A stretch of DNA of 64,000 nt. Source: Tricharina praecox (lineage: Eukaryota). A model generated the notes under the pieces. That model did no database searches and was not told where the DNA came from. It saw only the letters and a list, made by a program, of their open reading frames with translations. The translations under genes were made by a program, and so were the position numbers. Shown piece by piece: positions 1-11,951 of this stretch. How positions within the stretch are numbered: position 1 is the stretch's first letter; each line of letters opens with the position of its first letter. The stretch spans positions 1-64,000 of the forward strand of contig NW_026250441.1 of the NCBI RefSeq assembly GCF_024521635.1, written 5' to 3'.

Positions 1-1211
1 ACCGGCATCACAACCATCAAGCCATCGACATCGAACAAGCGCGGCCGTCGCCCAAGTACCCCGCAGCCCGCAGCCCGCCTCCCCGAAACCCACCACCGAT
101 GCCGACCTGTACCGTTTCGAGATGACGCAGGAGCACATCCGAACGACCCTCAAGCTCCGATACTGGCAGATCCCGCCGTTCCTTCCATTGCTGATCCGTC
201 CGTCGCCGGTTCGTCTCCGCTGCCACCACCAGCTGCACCGCCGCCATACACGCCGCTCCCCCCTGCCACCGATCCTGGATGGAAAATCTGGACGGTTGGC
301 AACGTCGATGGGGACTGGGACTGGGAAGGGAGTGACAGTCCCAGTGCTCAAAGAGGTGCTGAAGCGAGCCTACGTCGTACTTGGTATCCTGGGGAGAGGT
401 AGGAAGAAGGATACCAAGGCGGCGTTGGTCGCGGAGGTGGCGGAGAAGAGGAGAAAGTTGGAGAGAAGGGGGGGTCTCAAGCCTACGGGCTGGGAGACGG
501 ACAAGATGTGGTGGTTTTTTTTGTGGAGAAAGGGAGGTGGGTTAGAGTGTCCCATGATGGACATGGACGGAGCGCCGGCCGTGGAGCAGGCGGCGGCGAA
601 CAAGGGGACGAAGCGCCCAAGAGAAGAGGAGGACGAGGAGCAGTCCGTCGATGCTACCATGCCCGACACGAGGAGACGCAGGGTCGAGAAGAAAGAGGAG
701 GAGTTGTTGGAGATGGACCTGGCCGGGGAGTTGGAGGCCCCTTTGGTGGAGATGTAAGTTCTCTGTTCTGATCAAGTCGTTGGTAAATGCAGTACTAACT
801 ATCTCGCAGATCCGAAGAGGAGGATGACTTCGACGCTCTCGTCGGTGAGCGGAATACCGCATTGACAGAGACGTAAATTTCGCGTTCCGGTTAGATCATC
901 GGTAAACACATCACTAACGATCTCGCGGGGAGCCAGCCGAGGATGACGATCCGTGAAATCTGACTAGTGAGATAGATGCCGCATTGGCAGCCATGGATGC
1001 TCCTCTAGTGGGCCCATCGACCAGCGCAGAGGAGGATCACCCCGGTGATCCGACTCTTGACGCACTTCGATCAGGGCCCGGCATTGCGCCGGCCACGATT
1101 GAGAGCGTCGAGTCACCCCCCGACGACATCAAGCGGGACGACCTGTTCGAAGACCTGGACGCGCCTCCAGAGGGTTTGGAGTCCTCGGAATTGATCTTCG
1201 GGGAGGACTAA
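1..1211 (+). pseudogene. 5'-truncated, intron-containing orphan gene, probably disrupted
   Basis: ORF 122..757 runs into intron 754-809 (GTAAGT..CTAAC..CAG). A second, similar intron at 873-928 ends in CGG instead of CAG. The spliced frame meets a TGA near 954 and then continues in the frame of ORF 984..1211. Confidence 0.45.
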
Positions 1212-1558
1212 CTCTCTGGTGGTCGGCCGAGGTTCGGGACGGGGTCCTTTTGTTTTTTCTTTTCTTTCTTTTTTTGTCTTTCTTTTTTCTTTATACAATT
1301 AATGTTTTCTTTTTCTCCAATTGTCCGACCGCGGAGTTTTTTTCCCAATTATCTTGCTCCTGAATGTTATATAACAGCGTCTGGGGAAGCAAGGTATGCA
1401 GCGAAGGTGAGTGGTGCTGGTGGCGAGGGGAGAAAATTCCTAAGCTGTAGCGGGGGAGGGAGCGAATTTGAAGCGTTGGGGGGTCAAATTCTGCGTGCAC
1501 TCGCTTGAGGGTGGGGGGGGGGTTGATAACCTGGCGAAGCAACACTAAAACATCAGTG

Positions 1559-1785
1559 TTGAATATAAGAGGTAGATAATCATTTCAATAGTATTCTTTA
1601 CGGCAGCGACATCGAGAGCAGCCAGCTCCCTCTATATACAAGCTTAATATACTAGGAAATGTCTGCATCAATCCCCTCAGGAGATCGGTGTTCCGTTACC
1701 GGTCACCCGTGCTCGATACCCCACTAGGATAGGGACTTCGCCGTCTCCGGACGTCCCCTATTCTGACAACAGGAAGCTCCGTGGC
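1559..1785 (+). repeat. ~200 bp dispersed repeat family, copy 1
   Basis: TTGAATATAAGAGGTAGATAA...CTGCATCAATCCC...CCGGTCACCCGTGCTCG...TCTCCGGACG aligns by eye with 11242-11495. Confidence 0.85.
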
Positions 1786-2274
1786 TCGTGTAGGAAGGCA
1801 AGGTCTTTAATACGACCGGCGTCGCTACCATGTCGTGGATTCGAGTTCGGTTGGTAGCGAGCGGGATAAGGGTGCTTTGATCATGGACGCGGTGGTGAGG
1901 CTTGGGTAACGGTAAGAACCGCGGGGGGCCTCCCGGGACTTTGATTTTTTCGTTTTCTTTTTACGCAGGATTGATGTAGGCCACCTGGGCTTGCTCGGTT
2001 TTTTTTCCTTTCACGCTACTTTAACACAGTGATCTGCCGTGCAATTTTGGATCTTTCTCGCCGTGGAACTGCTTCAGCCCGTATCATCTCAGGATCATCA
2101 GCACCAATGATTGCAAGTGGCTCACCGCAGTCGCCTGCACGTAGTGTTACATTTCAAATTTGAATACAAAATGTGTAAAATAACTGATGAATGTTTTCTG
2201 TATCGGTGTCTAACATCTCCATCATGTAGAAGTTTCGATCTGTTGCCTAGGCTGTTGCATTTTACCGCAGTCGA

Positions 2275-2480
2275 TGTTGGATTATCAGGTAGGTGATATA
2301 CAGGAAAGTATTCGGGATACCAACAGTATGGTGAGCAGCGAGCTCTCTCCATGTACACGTTTAATTACCAAAACATCTCTGCAAAGACCGTATTAGATGG
2401 TGAGTCTTCAGTGCTGGAATACCCCGCTCCACTACATCAGGGACATTGTCATCTCGAGCCGTCCCATATTCTGAAACTTC
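2275..2480 (+). repeat. ~200 bp dispersed repeat family, copy 2 (more diverged)
   Basis: GGTAGGTGA..AGTATTCG..GAGCAGCGAGCTCTCTC..TCTCTGCA..CCACTAC..GGGACATTGTCATCTC..CATATTCTG matches the other copies. Confidence 0.7.
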
Positions 2481-2699
2481 TCCTACAGAAGATGATCAGA
2501 AACCCAATAAAGCAGCATAAAAAATGAGATCAACAGTAGCAAAATCCCACAGGAGCTGAAAAGAGAAAAACAGTGATCCTCAATTCGACACCGTGCCATC
2601 GTGAAAAAGAAATGCGTGGGAGAAACACCACGGAGATAGGACAAGGTGTGCACTCTCAAAAAAGAGGGAAATTAAAATCACCTTATTTCAACCGCTTTC

Positions 2700-3160
2700 A
2701 CGTGCATCAATAGAGACATCCACCGAATTGACTCTCCATGTGACCCGGGTGCAATACGTAGTCTGCGGATATATGTCCACGCCCCACCCGAGGGACAATC
2801 ATCTTCATGGTGTCGTCTTCATGATTGTATTTGATCGCATTTCTCTGACAGCTGGTGGGCCAAGGTGAAGACATGCCGGATGTCGACTTTTGGGCGTCTT
2901 CATCACAGGTAATTCAGAGTCTCTGGCGAAGTCTGCCTGTTCAATGAAGTGCGCGTCTCTATTACCGCCAGGGAGGTTCATGTGATGTCCGGCGAAGTAA
3001 CGGATGGCCAGATCGGATGTGTTGCACAGATACTGGTCGGTGTAAGTAGAAGACAGATTGATATGGGTCGCGGTGCGGGATCGGTCGCCTTGCGTATGGC
3101 GTGGAGATTGTTCTTGAGTATGGCAACCCGTTCGATGGAGGGTTGCATACTCGCATTGGC
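2700..3160 (-). pseudogene. degenerate orphan gene, paralogue of 9820-10260
   Basis: Translated segments ERVAILKNNLHAIRKATDPAPRP..TPTSICAT and MSSPWP match ERVTAFKNYLRAEYQMTDF*PRP..TPSGICTT and MSSSWP at 9820-10100. Both contain stops. Confidence 0.5.
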
Positions 3161-4116
3161 AACGGCCGAGAGATCTGAGAAACGGGGCAATAGAGCGGAT
3201 CTATCATCATCACTGCAGCTAGGCACGTAGTTACTTGCACGCTGTACGTATTCATCGAGAGATGCGGATTTCCTAACATTACCGCACATGCCTCTATGAA
3301 GTTGAAATCCCCCGGCGCGCCGTCATCTCATCTTCCTTCGGCCAGTTCATCTCAAGATTTTTTGAAGACAACAGCGAATTTTGTAAGAGCTTTGATTCCG
3401 CAACTAGAGAAACGCCTTAAAACTCAAAACAAAACAAAAGAGAGCTGTTCCGCCCTACCCCCTTCTCTCGCCATCGACCAACCGCCGGACGTCTAATAGA
3501 GACCGCCTCAGAGACGCTTCGCATCTTGAACTATGGCACAGCGAAGTTCTACAGTACTAGGACAAAAAAGATTGGCCATTACCATTACACTACACCAAAA
3601 ATGGCCGTTTTCAACCACCGATACAACAACCACAACGTATCGAAAAAAAATCAGACATCATCGAGACTCGGGAGACCTCTATAACTACACCGACAACGAT
3701 ATCGAGACTCCTCACGGAGTTGTGAATTGTTCTTGTGGAGCAATCCAATACGGGGGAAAAGTTAATGGTTGCCAAATAGCTTTTTGTATGTGAGCCCCAT
3801 ACAAAATGTCGTGCCACTTTTCAACTCCTGCGAAATACAACGCCGTACAGCCCCAATCGTTGATGAAAGCCATCAACGTTTTTATTGAAGAAGAAGCTTG
3901 TGATTGTAAAGCTTCTGTAAAAGAGACGATATTTTTTGGACCAGGTGGAGGGTATGTTTGGTAGCATCAAAATGGGCATTTGTTGTGCAAAACGGGCTTT
4001 GTCCAATCCTTTTTGGCATGGTCCTTTACATACCTATGTACGAGAAATTGTACCTGCTGGCATCGGCGGTCTATAGAGTAGTTAGTCTCCACACGTCACC
4101 TTGAATTGATGCATCA

Positions 4117-5418
4117 TCAACCTACAGGTGCGGGCGGGTAGCCGGCTCTGCGGCGACGTTTGGCCTCCCAGAGCTCTTTAGCCGTCTCCATCATGACCGC
4201 GTACTCGGAGCCCACAGGCCCAGGCACCTGGAGCTTCTCGCGGTACGCGCCAGATTCCTTCTGCTCCTTGAGCTTGGCCAGCTGTCACAGGGGATGTCAG
4301 TATGGTGTCCTTCAAAAGGGGGGCTAAGCAGGGAAACCTACGACCTCCATCACCTCCTCGTCATCGTAGTACCGCTGCCGGTCATCGTCAGCCCGGATGA
4401 ACCTGCCGCCGACGATGACCCTGGCGACGTTGGTGTTGGCTTGTGGATCAGCTGGATCGGCTTCGGCACCAACCGCAGGAGCAGCGGCAACCTTACGGAC
4501 GCGCCTGCTCCTGTATTCCTTCGTCTCCTGGCGGATCTTGGCGGCAGCCTTTCGGCGGGTGTCGAGATCGTTCTCCTCGAACCAGCGGCGCTCCTTCTTC
4601 GCGCGCGCCTCCCTCGCCGCATCCCGACGCTCCAACAACGTCTGGTCGTCGGGGCGCTGCGGCGGTGGGGTGACGGAACGCGAGAAGTAGGAGCCGTAGC
4701 GCCCGACGCCACCGCCGCTTCCTCCGGCGAACTTGCCCCGTCCGCGCCAGTCTGCACAGGTGTTCCCGGGAGCTTGGTGGTTATGGGCACCGCGACCATC
4801 GACCTGGTCTCTGCGCCACGGGGTGTTCCTGAACGTATCAGTAACACCGCCGGTCTCCGTGGGAGAGTTGGGCTTGGTGACAGCGTTGTCCTGGATGGCA
4901 GCGTTGCTCTTGGTGACAACTTTGTACTTGGTGACACCCGAAGTGACGATGTTGTTTCCATTAGCTGCGACACCCACCGTCGTGTCCTTGGGGACTCTCT
5001 TGGTCGTGAACGTGTGCGTAGCGCCATTGTTAGCCTTGACAACATATTCGTCCTTGTTGCGAGTGATACTGCGTCCCTCCTTGCTGCTAATCACATCGTT
5101 CTTCGCGACGGAAGAAGTGTCTGGAGCGGTGGTGGTGTTGTTGGTGTTGCCAACGCCATTCCTGCTGTTATCCTTGGAGACAACGCCTTCGACAAAGTTC
5201 GAAGACCAGTTGGTGGGCGACGGGTTCAAAACAGCAGGAATCTCGAGCCCCATGCCAGCAGCAACATGGGAGTCGTTAGTAGACACCGGAGATGAACCAA
5301 CCTTGCTCTGCTGTGTAGCGCGAGGAAGACGCTGCATGGACTTGTCGGTAGGCGTCCTCGAGTCGACGTTAGGGTTTGGCTTCATAAAATCAGCCGCGGT
5401 GGGCCGTTTAGGAGGCAT
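4117..5418 (-). CDS. hypothetical low-complexity protein with a basic C-terminus, 2 exons
   Basis: Long ORF with ATG at 5418 (MPPKRP). Intron GTAGGT..CTGAC..CAG at ~4341-4282. The last exon LAKLKEQK...PAPVG ends in TGA at 4117. Confidence 0.65.
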
Positions 5419-6957
5419 TTGAATTTTTCCCTGAATCAGACGACTGTGGTTTTGAAAGGTAGGAAGTGAGGGAAAAGGTCGTCGCGATGCGAAAGAGGAT
5501 GACTGGTTGTGGGATGGAAGCAAAGAAGTTGTGAAGTTGTCGCGGAAGGGAAGAGGTTGCGCTGAACTTGCTGTGAAGTTAAGACGGAAGGGAGGAGAGA
5601 AAGTGGCAAAGCGAGGAAAAGGGATGGCGAGGGAAAGAAGCGCTTGCCAGGGAAATTAGTATGGCTAGACAGTGAGGTACAGACCTAAACATTCCATCAC
5701 TCGACTATTTCAACAGTAGAAACAAATTCTCTGCGAAGGTAGTCGGCTGCATGTATAATAGTGGCTACGTTAAGCGCGCCGAGTGAGCTGGTAACGTATG
5801 AACAGATCTATCCCACCATATTCTGTGGCAACGACGTCAGTAGGGTGTGCGAAAATTCGTTGGAAAGCTATTCTGCAAAACATAGACGGAAATCGGTGGG
5901 ATTTCTGTTTTTTCATTGATTGGATGTCGCCTATCTGGAGAATGACATTATCTACATCTCGTATGCTCCCTCGACTCTTCCGTGCCCCGACCCTTCAGCC
6001 ACCTGACTCTTCCGGGGCCTTCACTCGCTCTCGAAGCCCTTCCGTAGCCTCTCCCTTGACTGGTGCGCTCCCTCAACGCGTTTGCGTCATGGATTATTCC
6101 TGGAATGAAGGTAGCATTGCAGCCAGCACTACATTGCAATCCAATTACTGGATCGCAATACGAACGGCGAGCTGGCTATTAATGTCCGTCTGTGCATACG
6201 GCTCTTTGCCTGTACCCCTCTAGGCCGGAGGCTCGATGTAGAAGAGAGCAAATGAAAAGTAAAGGGGGTGTACGCATACATCGGCGTAATTCAGCTCTTT
6301 TGGTTTCCATCGGATGTTTCTGTTTTAGTTTTTGTTTTTGGCAAGACGTGTGGAGCACTACATATCACCCGGAACATGACACGTAACATCGCTTGGGCTG
6401 CCGGAGATTTTTTGTGCGAGGATCATCGGACTCGATGAAGAGAAGTAGATCATGATATCCGTCTACTCCTGGGTGTTGCCACCAACCCTTGTCCCCTAGC
6501 TCGATACTGCTTCCCTATTGCTTTTCGACCCGCCCTCCTCGGGAGTCAACCCTCCCTCCTCCGTCCCCGTTCAAGCCTCTCACCTAACCCGACAGAAAGA
6601 ATGACTCACAACATCTCCTGCCTGCTCCAGTCGGGCTCAGAACCCGGGATTTGTCGGCTGGCAGGTATTGTATAACAGGTGAGCTTGCCAGCTTTCTATG
6701 CATCATACGGGCTGGAGGGATGGAAGGGGTGTGTTTCATCCAAAAGATACCGCCAGATCGCTGGCTAACATTCCTTCATCCGTACTCACATCTTCCCTCC
6801 TCCATCATCCTTCTCTAACCTTCCAAACACCTCACGAACACACTCAAACCCCGCAGAACATATCCCCGCTTGTCTTTCGAACTCTTTCCACACCTCAGTT
6901 TACTTCACCCCGACTCGGTACCGTCTTTCAACCCACTACTCTCAAAACAGAAACGAA

Positions 6958-7137
6958 ATGGGTTCCGGATTGTCAAAGCCAGCCATTTACAAGTGGAAAT
7001 GTATTATCTGCAAGCATAAGCACAGTGTGAGCATCCAGACGTGCGGGCGATGCAGCAAGCGATGTTCGGACAAGGCCTGGGCCGCACACAAGGCTGCCGC
7101 GCAGCAATATGAAGCGCGCTACCCTAATTTGTTTTGA
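6958..7137 (+). CDS. 59-aa RanBP2-like zinc-finger microprotein with a possible N-myristoylation motif
   Basis: Manual translation MGSGLSKPAIYKWKCIICKHKHSVSIQTCGRCSKRCSDKAWAAHKAAAQQYEARYPNLF* has W-x-C-x2-C-x10-C-x2-C spacing. A pyrimidine-rich leader precedes it. It is absent from the supplied ORF track, whose shortest entries are 60 aa. Confidence 0.6.
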   Translation: MGSGLSKPAIYKWKCIICKHKHSVSIQTCGRCSKRCSDKAWAAHKAAAQQYEARYPNLF

Positions 7138-7618
7138 TGCGTTGCTGTTATTACCGGTATCACGGCCGCGCAAGTGTTCGGTCCGCGGAGTGCCTGGTAG
7201 GGAATTGCGTTTGTAGAGTGTGCGGACAAAGAGTGTGATCAAAGGTTCCCTTTGTAGACTTGGTTGATAGGTAGCTGCGCAACAACGGACCGTGGTGGCT
7301 GAGCTTACTCACAAGCCGGCGCAGCTGGCAAAAAAGGTCGGGCAGTTGGTGGTCACCATAGTCTATTCCATGAACTGATGCCAGATCATATACGATTCCC
7401 AGTTTCTTTCATTATACAGGAATGTATCTCGTGTGAGTTATTGTCGATACATACCGGCGGGCAACCATCAGCAGGCCTTCCATGTCGAGATATAGGCGGG
7501 ATTAGAGCAGTCGAATTTAGAACTGGCCTAGCTATCTTCCGGTGATGCTAGTTGAGCTTTTTTGAAACCTACGATGTCATGCAAGCCGGTTTTTTTTTAG
7601 ATGTGGGCCTGACCAGAG

Positions 7619-7788
7619 CAGTGTTCTCCATAGTCCGGTCTGGACTGCAGTCCAAACGGGACGGACTGCAATGATCTAGTCCCGTCCATTCCTTTTTGCG
7701 GACGGAATAAAAGTAGTCCGTCCCGTGCGCCCATTCGCTGGACAAGGTTGGACTGCAGTCGACTGCAGTCCGGTAGTGAAAACAAATG
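7619..7788. mobile_element. degenerate hAT-like MITE
   Basis: Starts CAGTGTTCTCCATAGTCCGG, carries many internal GGACTGCAGTC/GTCCGTCC palindromic motifs, and has a decayed inverted end. Confidence 0.55.
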
Positions 7789-7900
7789 CCTCCATTTACA
7801 GCACTTATCCACCAACTGTAATAGTATTTCCCACTGTCGTGTGTTGAATTCCGTCCAGTAGCATTAAAACCGTGAGCGACGACATCATCTTCGTCCAGTA

Positions 7901-9195
7901 CCGTATAAACCCGGATATTTGTCCTCACTGTGAAATACCTTAGCGCGGTGTGGAGGCGCGCTAGGGCGCTTAGGGTTCGTGTGGTGGCGGCAATAGAACC
8001 TCACTTAATTACGAGGTTGGAACCTGAGGCTGAAGGAGTTCGTGAGAATGGCAGCGAGCTGCCAGCCTCCGAATGGTTGATGTAGACTTTTACTTAGAAC
8101 CATACCAAAACCACGTCAACTGGAATCAGGACGACGATAATGGAGAACAGCAGAGTCAATGCGACCGTATCGAACGCCATGGACACAGTTCTACTGCAGT
8201 TCATAGCTCTGGTACTTTCACCTACGGTTCAACAAACTACTGACCATACTTTAGACGAAGATGAAGATCATCACAGACACGAGCCGTATCCCCGTATACT
8301 ACTATCGCCTCGGAAACAAAAACCAAAGCCCGGCCCAAAACGATAGGCTACCGCAGATCTCATGCGTAGATTTCCACCTCCAGCTACAAGCTCCAACCGA
8401 TAGCGACGAGCATATACGACTGCGTTCAAATTGGGAGTTCTGTCATACGCGGCGTATGGCAGGGTGTTCGATCAGGGCAAAGGCATCCTGCGAGTTCCGA
8501 CGCCTGCGGAGGTTTGTGAACGTTACAACCTAAAGCATACATGCTATTTTCGAAGATGGCGACAAGAGGAGGAGAAATTAATTGCGATGAAACTTTTACA
8601 GCAACGACGCCGGCCATCCCGTGGGCGTTGGCTTAAGCTTGAGAAAGCTTTAGTGCAAGCGTTTGCAGATCGACGTAAAGAGGAGAAGACGGTACGGAAA
8701 AAGCGGTTCGAACGGACAGCAAGGTTGTTATTTCTTCAACTTTATTCCGACACTCCTACGGTATTTATGGTTTCGAATGGCTGGTTCAGTCAGTTACTCT
8801 CACGTAATAGGATTACCATCCGCGCTGTCACAAATACAGCCCAGCAAATCCCAACAGAATACTGTGCGATGATTGTTTCTTTTCGATGTTTTAACCGGCG
8901 GAACTCTCAGCTACGCGACGGCATGGAAGATACAGCGGTACAGTCGGTACTTTCAGCCGGTTGCTGTCTTCCATCGAATATTCTTAACATGGACCAAACA
9001 CCACTCCCTTGGGAGTATCTTGATGGGAAGATCTAAGATATCAAAGGGAGTAAGACAATACGGGTAGCTTCACGGAGATCAGGGTGGGATAAAAGGCAAG
9101 CGACAATACAGCTGACAATCTTCGCCGACGGTATCGATCGTGTTAAGCCTCTCATTATATTTCGCGGGGCAGAAGACAACACGACGAGGTAGTGG
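7901..9195 (+). mobile_element. truncated pogo/Tc1-mariner-superfamily DNA transposon relic
   Basis: TA followed by CCGTATAAACCCGGATATTT is a candidate left TIR, upstream of the transposase remnant. No right TIR was found. Confidence 0.65.
8431..9192 (+). pseudogene. pogo-like transposase pseudogene (CENP-B/Tc5 HTH plus the start of the DDE domain)
   Basis: Contains LEKALVQAF..FMVSNGWFSQLLSRNRIT and NILNMDQTPL. After an in-frame stop at 9036 the frame continues GWDKRQATIQLTIFADG..KPLIIFRG and is then truncated. Confidence 0.85.
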
Positions 9196-9283
9196 GAGGC
9201 TGATGGCGTTCGCTGGCAGGTGTTTTACCCCGAGGACGCGGCATGCAGTAAGGTGGGATGGGTGTTAGGAGCGACAGTAAGCT

Positions 9284-9345
9284 ATGGCGGTGGACGTAGC
9301 GATGGTGGACGTAGTGATGGTGGACGTAGCGATGGTGGACATAGC
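9284..9345. repeat. 15-bp minisatellite, ~4 copies
   Basis: GATGGTGGACGTAGC units. Confidence 0.85.
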
Positions 9346-9544
9346 GGAGGTCCTCTATATCTACATAATCTCGAGTCCCCCCCATCGGTCATCCTATAGC
9401 ATACTCATGCGCGCTGACGCTTTCTCTGCGACCATTGTTGTGGTCTGCCAGCTTTTCTGCCACAGTTATAGCCACATTGCGGACGCCCTACACTTCCAGC
9501 ATTGGCTGCGGCCGTCTTCGACACATTGCGGACGCACATCTATG

Positions 9545-9732
9545 ACAGAAAATATTGCGGCTGATACGCTTAGCCGTTATCCCGACGCCGGCCGTCTTAG
9601 GCCGACCGAGCTTGGCAAGGACTGGTCGGTCGGCATATATCCCGACCTACAAAATCCTTGGTCGAGTTTTTTTAATATTATCGTGATCGACCTGACCATT
9701 CGTCCGACCGGTTTTGTCTATGTAGAACACCG
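9545..9732 (-). mobile_element. partial inverted copy of the MITE at 10317-10656
   Basis: Ends GTCTATGTAGAACAC, the reverse complement of the TIR, and shares the ATCCCGACC subterminal motifs. Confidence 0.55.
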
Positions 9733-9819
9733 CTCTATCCTGTAGATCTTCATCATAGAAAGAGACAAGCCTATCGGACGGCCTCTCAAGAATCAGGTTG
9801 GCGTCCTCCCGCCGCCAGC

Positions 9820-10260
9820 ATCTTGAACGAGTGACCGCATTTAAGAACTACCTCCGCGCCGAATATCAGATGACAGATTTCTGACCTCGACCCACCCGAA
9901 GCTCCCTGCTACAGGACACACCATCAGGCATCTGCACAACATAGCCCACCAGGTTATCTAGCTCGAAGACGCAGAGGTTGCCGGAGACGTAGACATTGTC
10001 GGAAACGGAGACGGAGACGACCGAAATATGCCATCCGGAGATGTCTTCATCTTGGCCGGACCGGGTGCCAAACCACCGCAATCCTAACAACCTACCTGCC
10101 GACATCATGATGAAGAATCTTCCACGGGAACCACATTCAAAGTATATCCACGGGCTATGAACCAAGGTTCTGTTAGCCTAGACACCGGGGAGGTGAATTC
10201 TGTGGAAGCTTCTAGTGGAGATGATGACGAAGGATTTAAAGAAGGTCCTTCAGCTCTCCT
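9820..10260 (+). pseudogene. degenerate orphan gene, paralogue of 2700-3160
   Basis: Inverted nucleotide and peptide similarity to 2700-3160, with multiple stops. Confidence 0.5.
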
Positions 10261-10316
10261 TTTTGTCATGAGGTACCCGGGGATGAATGTTTTTTGTTCT
10301 GTTTTCACTCGCCATT

Positions 10317-10656
10317 TAGTGTTCTACATAGACTAGACCGGCCGGCCGACCGGACGAGTCAATCAGGATATATCCCGACCCGATCATGACTTTAGCCGGT
10401 CGAGATAAAATTAGGTATACCCGACCTATGATTTAGTAGGTCGGGATACATCCCGACCAACCCGACGTCGGGTTAACTGTTAATTCTCTCAGCCGCAAAA
10501 GTTTCCTTAGTTTCTGGCGGTCTTTAGAGCATTTCCGATGTCAAATGTTGTTTCTTAGCCAGATTTATCCCGACCTATGCCTGGTCGTTCATGATGTATT
10601 CCGACCAGACCATACCACGCCCAAATTTGGTCGGGACTAGTCTATGCAGAACACTG
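10317..10656. mobile_element. 340 bp hAT-like MITE
   Basis: TIRs are TAGTGTTCTACATAGACTAGACC and GGACTAGTCTATGCAGAACACTG, with repeated CCCGACC motifs inside. The flanks CTCGCCATT and CTGGCCGTT may be a decayed TSD. Confidence 0.8.
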
Positions 10657-10854
10657 CTGGCCGTTCCTTCTGGCAGTTGATCTCATAGTTTGACTAGTGG
10701 GTCAACACTTTCTCCTACAGTGACAATAATCCTTTGTCCTCTGCGAGGCGTTTTGACATGATTACAAGCTTTGAGGAGGTACCCGGGGATTTATTTTCTA
10801 GATTACATTCTGCCTTGCTAAGATGGGGTTCAGATCATCTTCCTTACGCGAGGG

Positions 10855-11048
10855 TTTGTCAGCATATGCGACGTCCGGAGGTGACAGTGTACCTAGCGAG
10901 GTATCCGGGCCCGGCAGACGTTTCCTCAAATGGAGTGATGCAGAGACTTTCTGGTTGATTAAGGTTGTATACAGACAGAGCTCACTGCTTAAAATATTGC
11001 TGCCGTACCGAATTCTATTATGATGTTCTACCTACCCCAATATCTAAC
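10855..11048 (-). repeat. ~200 bp dispersed repeat family, copy 3 (inverted)
   Basis: The reverse complement reads GGTAGGTAGAACATC..GAATTCGGTACGGCAGCAATA..GCAGTGAGCTCTGTCTGTATACA..TCTCTGCATCA..CCTCCGGACG. Confidence 0.75.
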
Positions 11049-11241
11049 AGTCACCAAGGCTCGGTACATAGCTCTTTCTGATCAGCGGAGAGACAGGGGA
11101 CGTAGACTGCAGTTTTTGGGAAATTGGAAGATAGATGTATATGCTCTTTGGTTTCCGCGGTCTAGGAAGGGAAGAGGCCGCTGAATTGACACCAATTAGT
11201 ATTTTGGGGGTTTCCATTGCGATCAGAATGAAAAGGTGCCA

Positions 11242-11495
11242 TTGAATATAAGAGGTAGATAAACATGACAGTAGTATTCGATACAGCAGCAACATCGCGA
11301 GCAGCGCGCTCTCTATATATACAGTCTTGATAGACTAGGAAACCTCTGCATCAATCCCTTCAGAAGGTCGGCGTTCCGTCGCCGGTCACCCGTCACCCGT
11401 GCTCGGATACTGCTGCCTCCACTAGAGTACACTGGGGACATCGTCATCTCCGGACGAACCATATTCTGGCAAAAACAAACCTAGAAAGTTTCGTG
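11242..11495 (+). repeat. ~200 bp dispersed repeat family, copy 4
   Basis: Close direct match to 1559-1785. Confidence 0.85.
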
Positions 11496-11951
11496 AAGCT
11501 CATTTTGACAGCGCGGTGACGCTGGCCTTCGCGTTGCGCATCACAGATATTTGGGAGGGGTTGGATTCCGTGATTCGTATCACCGGGATTCGCGAGGAAC
11601 TCGTACGGAAGGCCAGCAGCAGGCGTACTCCTCATACCCCGTATCCACCACCGGCCGCTATTTTCAGCTCTCCTCTTGCCGCTACCGCTGCCAAACTCTG
11701 CGACTAGAAACCTCCTCTCCGCCACCACCTCGAAGTGGGGCGTTGCGCGATTTTCCGAATCAGTTCCACGTCCACCCACGCTGACTCGGTTAAAATCGCT
11801 GTCTGCATCGCTGTATATCCTCGGTAACGTCCTGGGATATCACGTCCGTAGCAGGCATCTTCGTCCTTTCAATTCACTCATCAATTTCCGCGTTGGTAGT
11901 CTTGTACCGCAACCGACTATCCTCCAGTTTTAGCCAGATTTCCACTCTTTT

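Noticed and set aside
3533..3800. VNCSCGA resembling the start of a PHD finger
   Set aside because: The remaining Cys/His ligands are not present in frame.
4294..5295. 333-aa plus-strand ORF
   Set aside because: Antisense shadow of the minus-strand gene, which has splice support.
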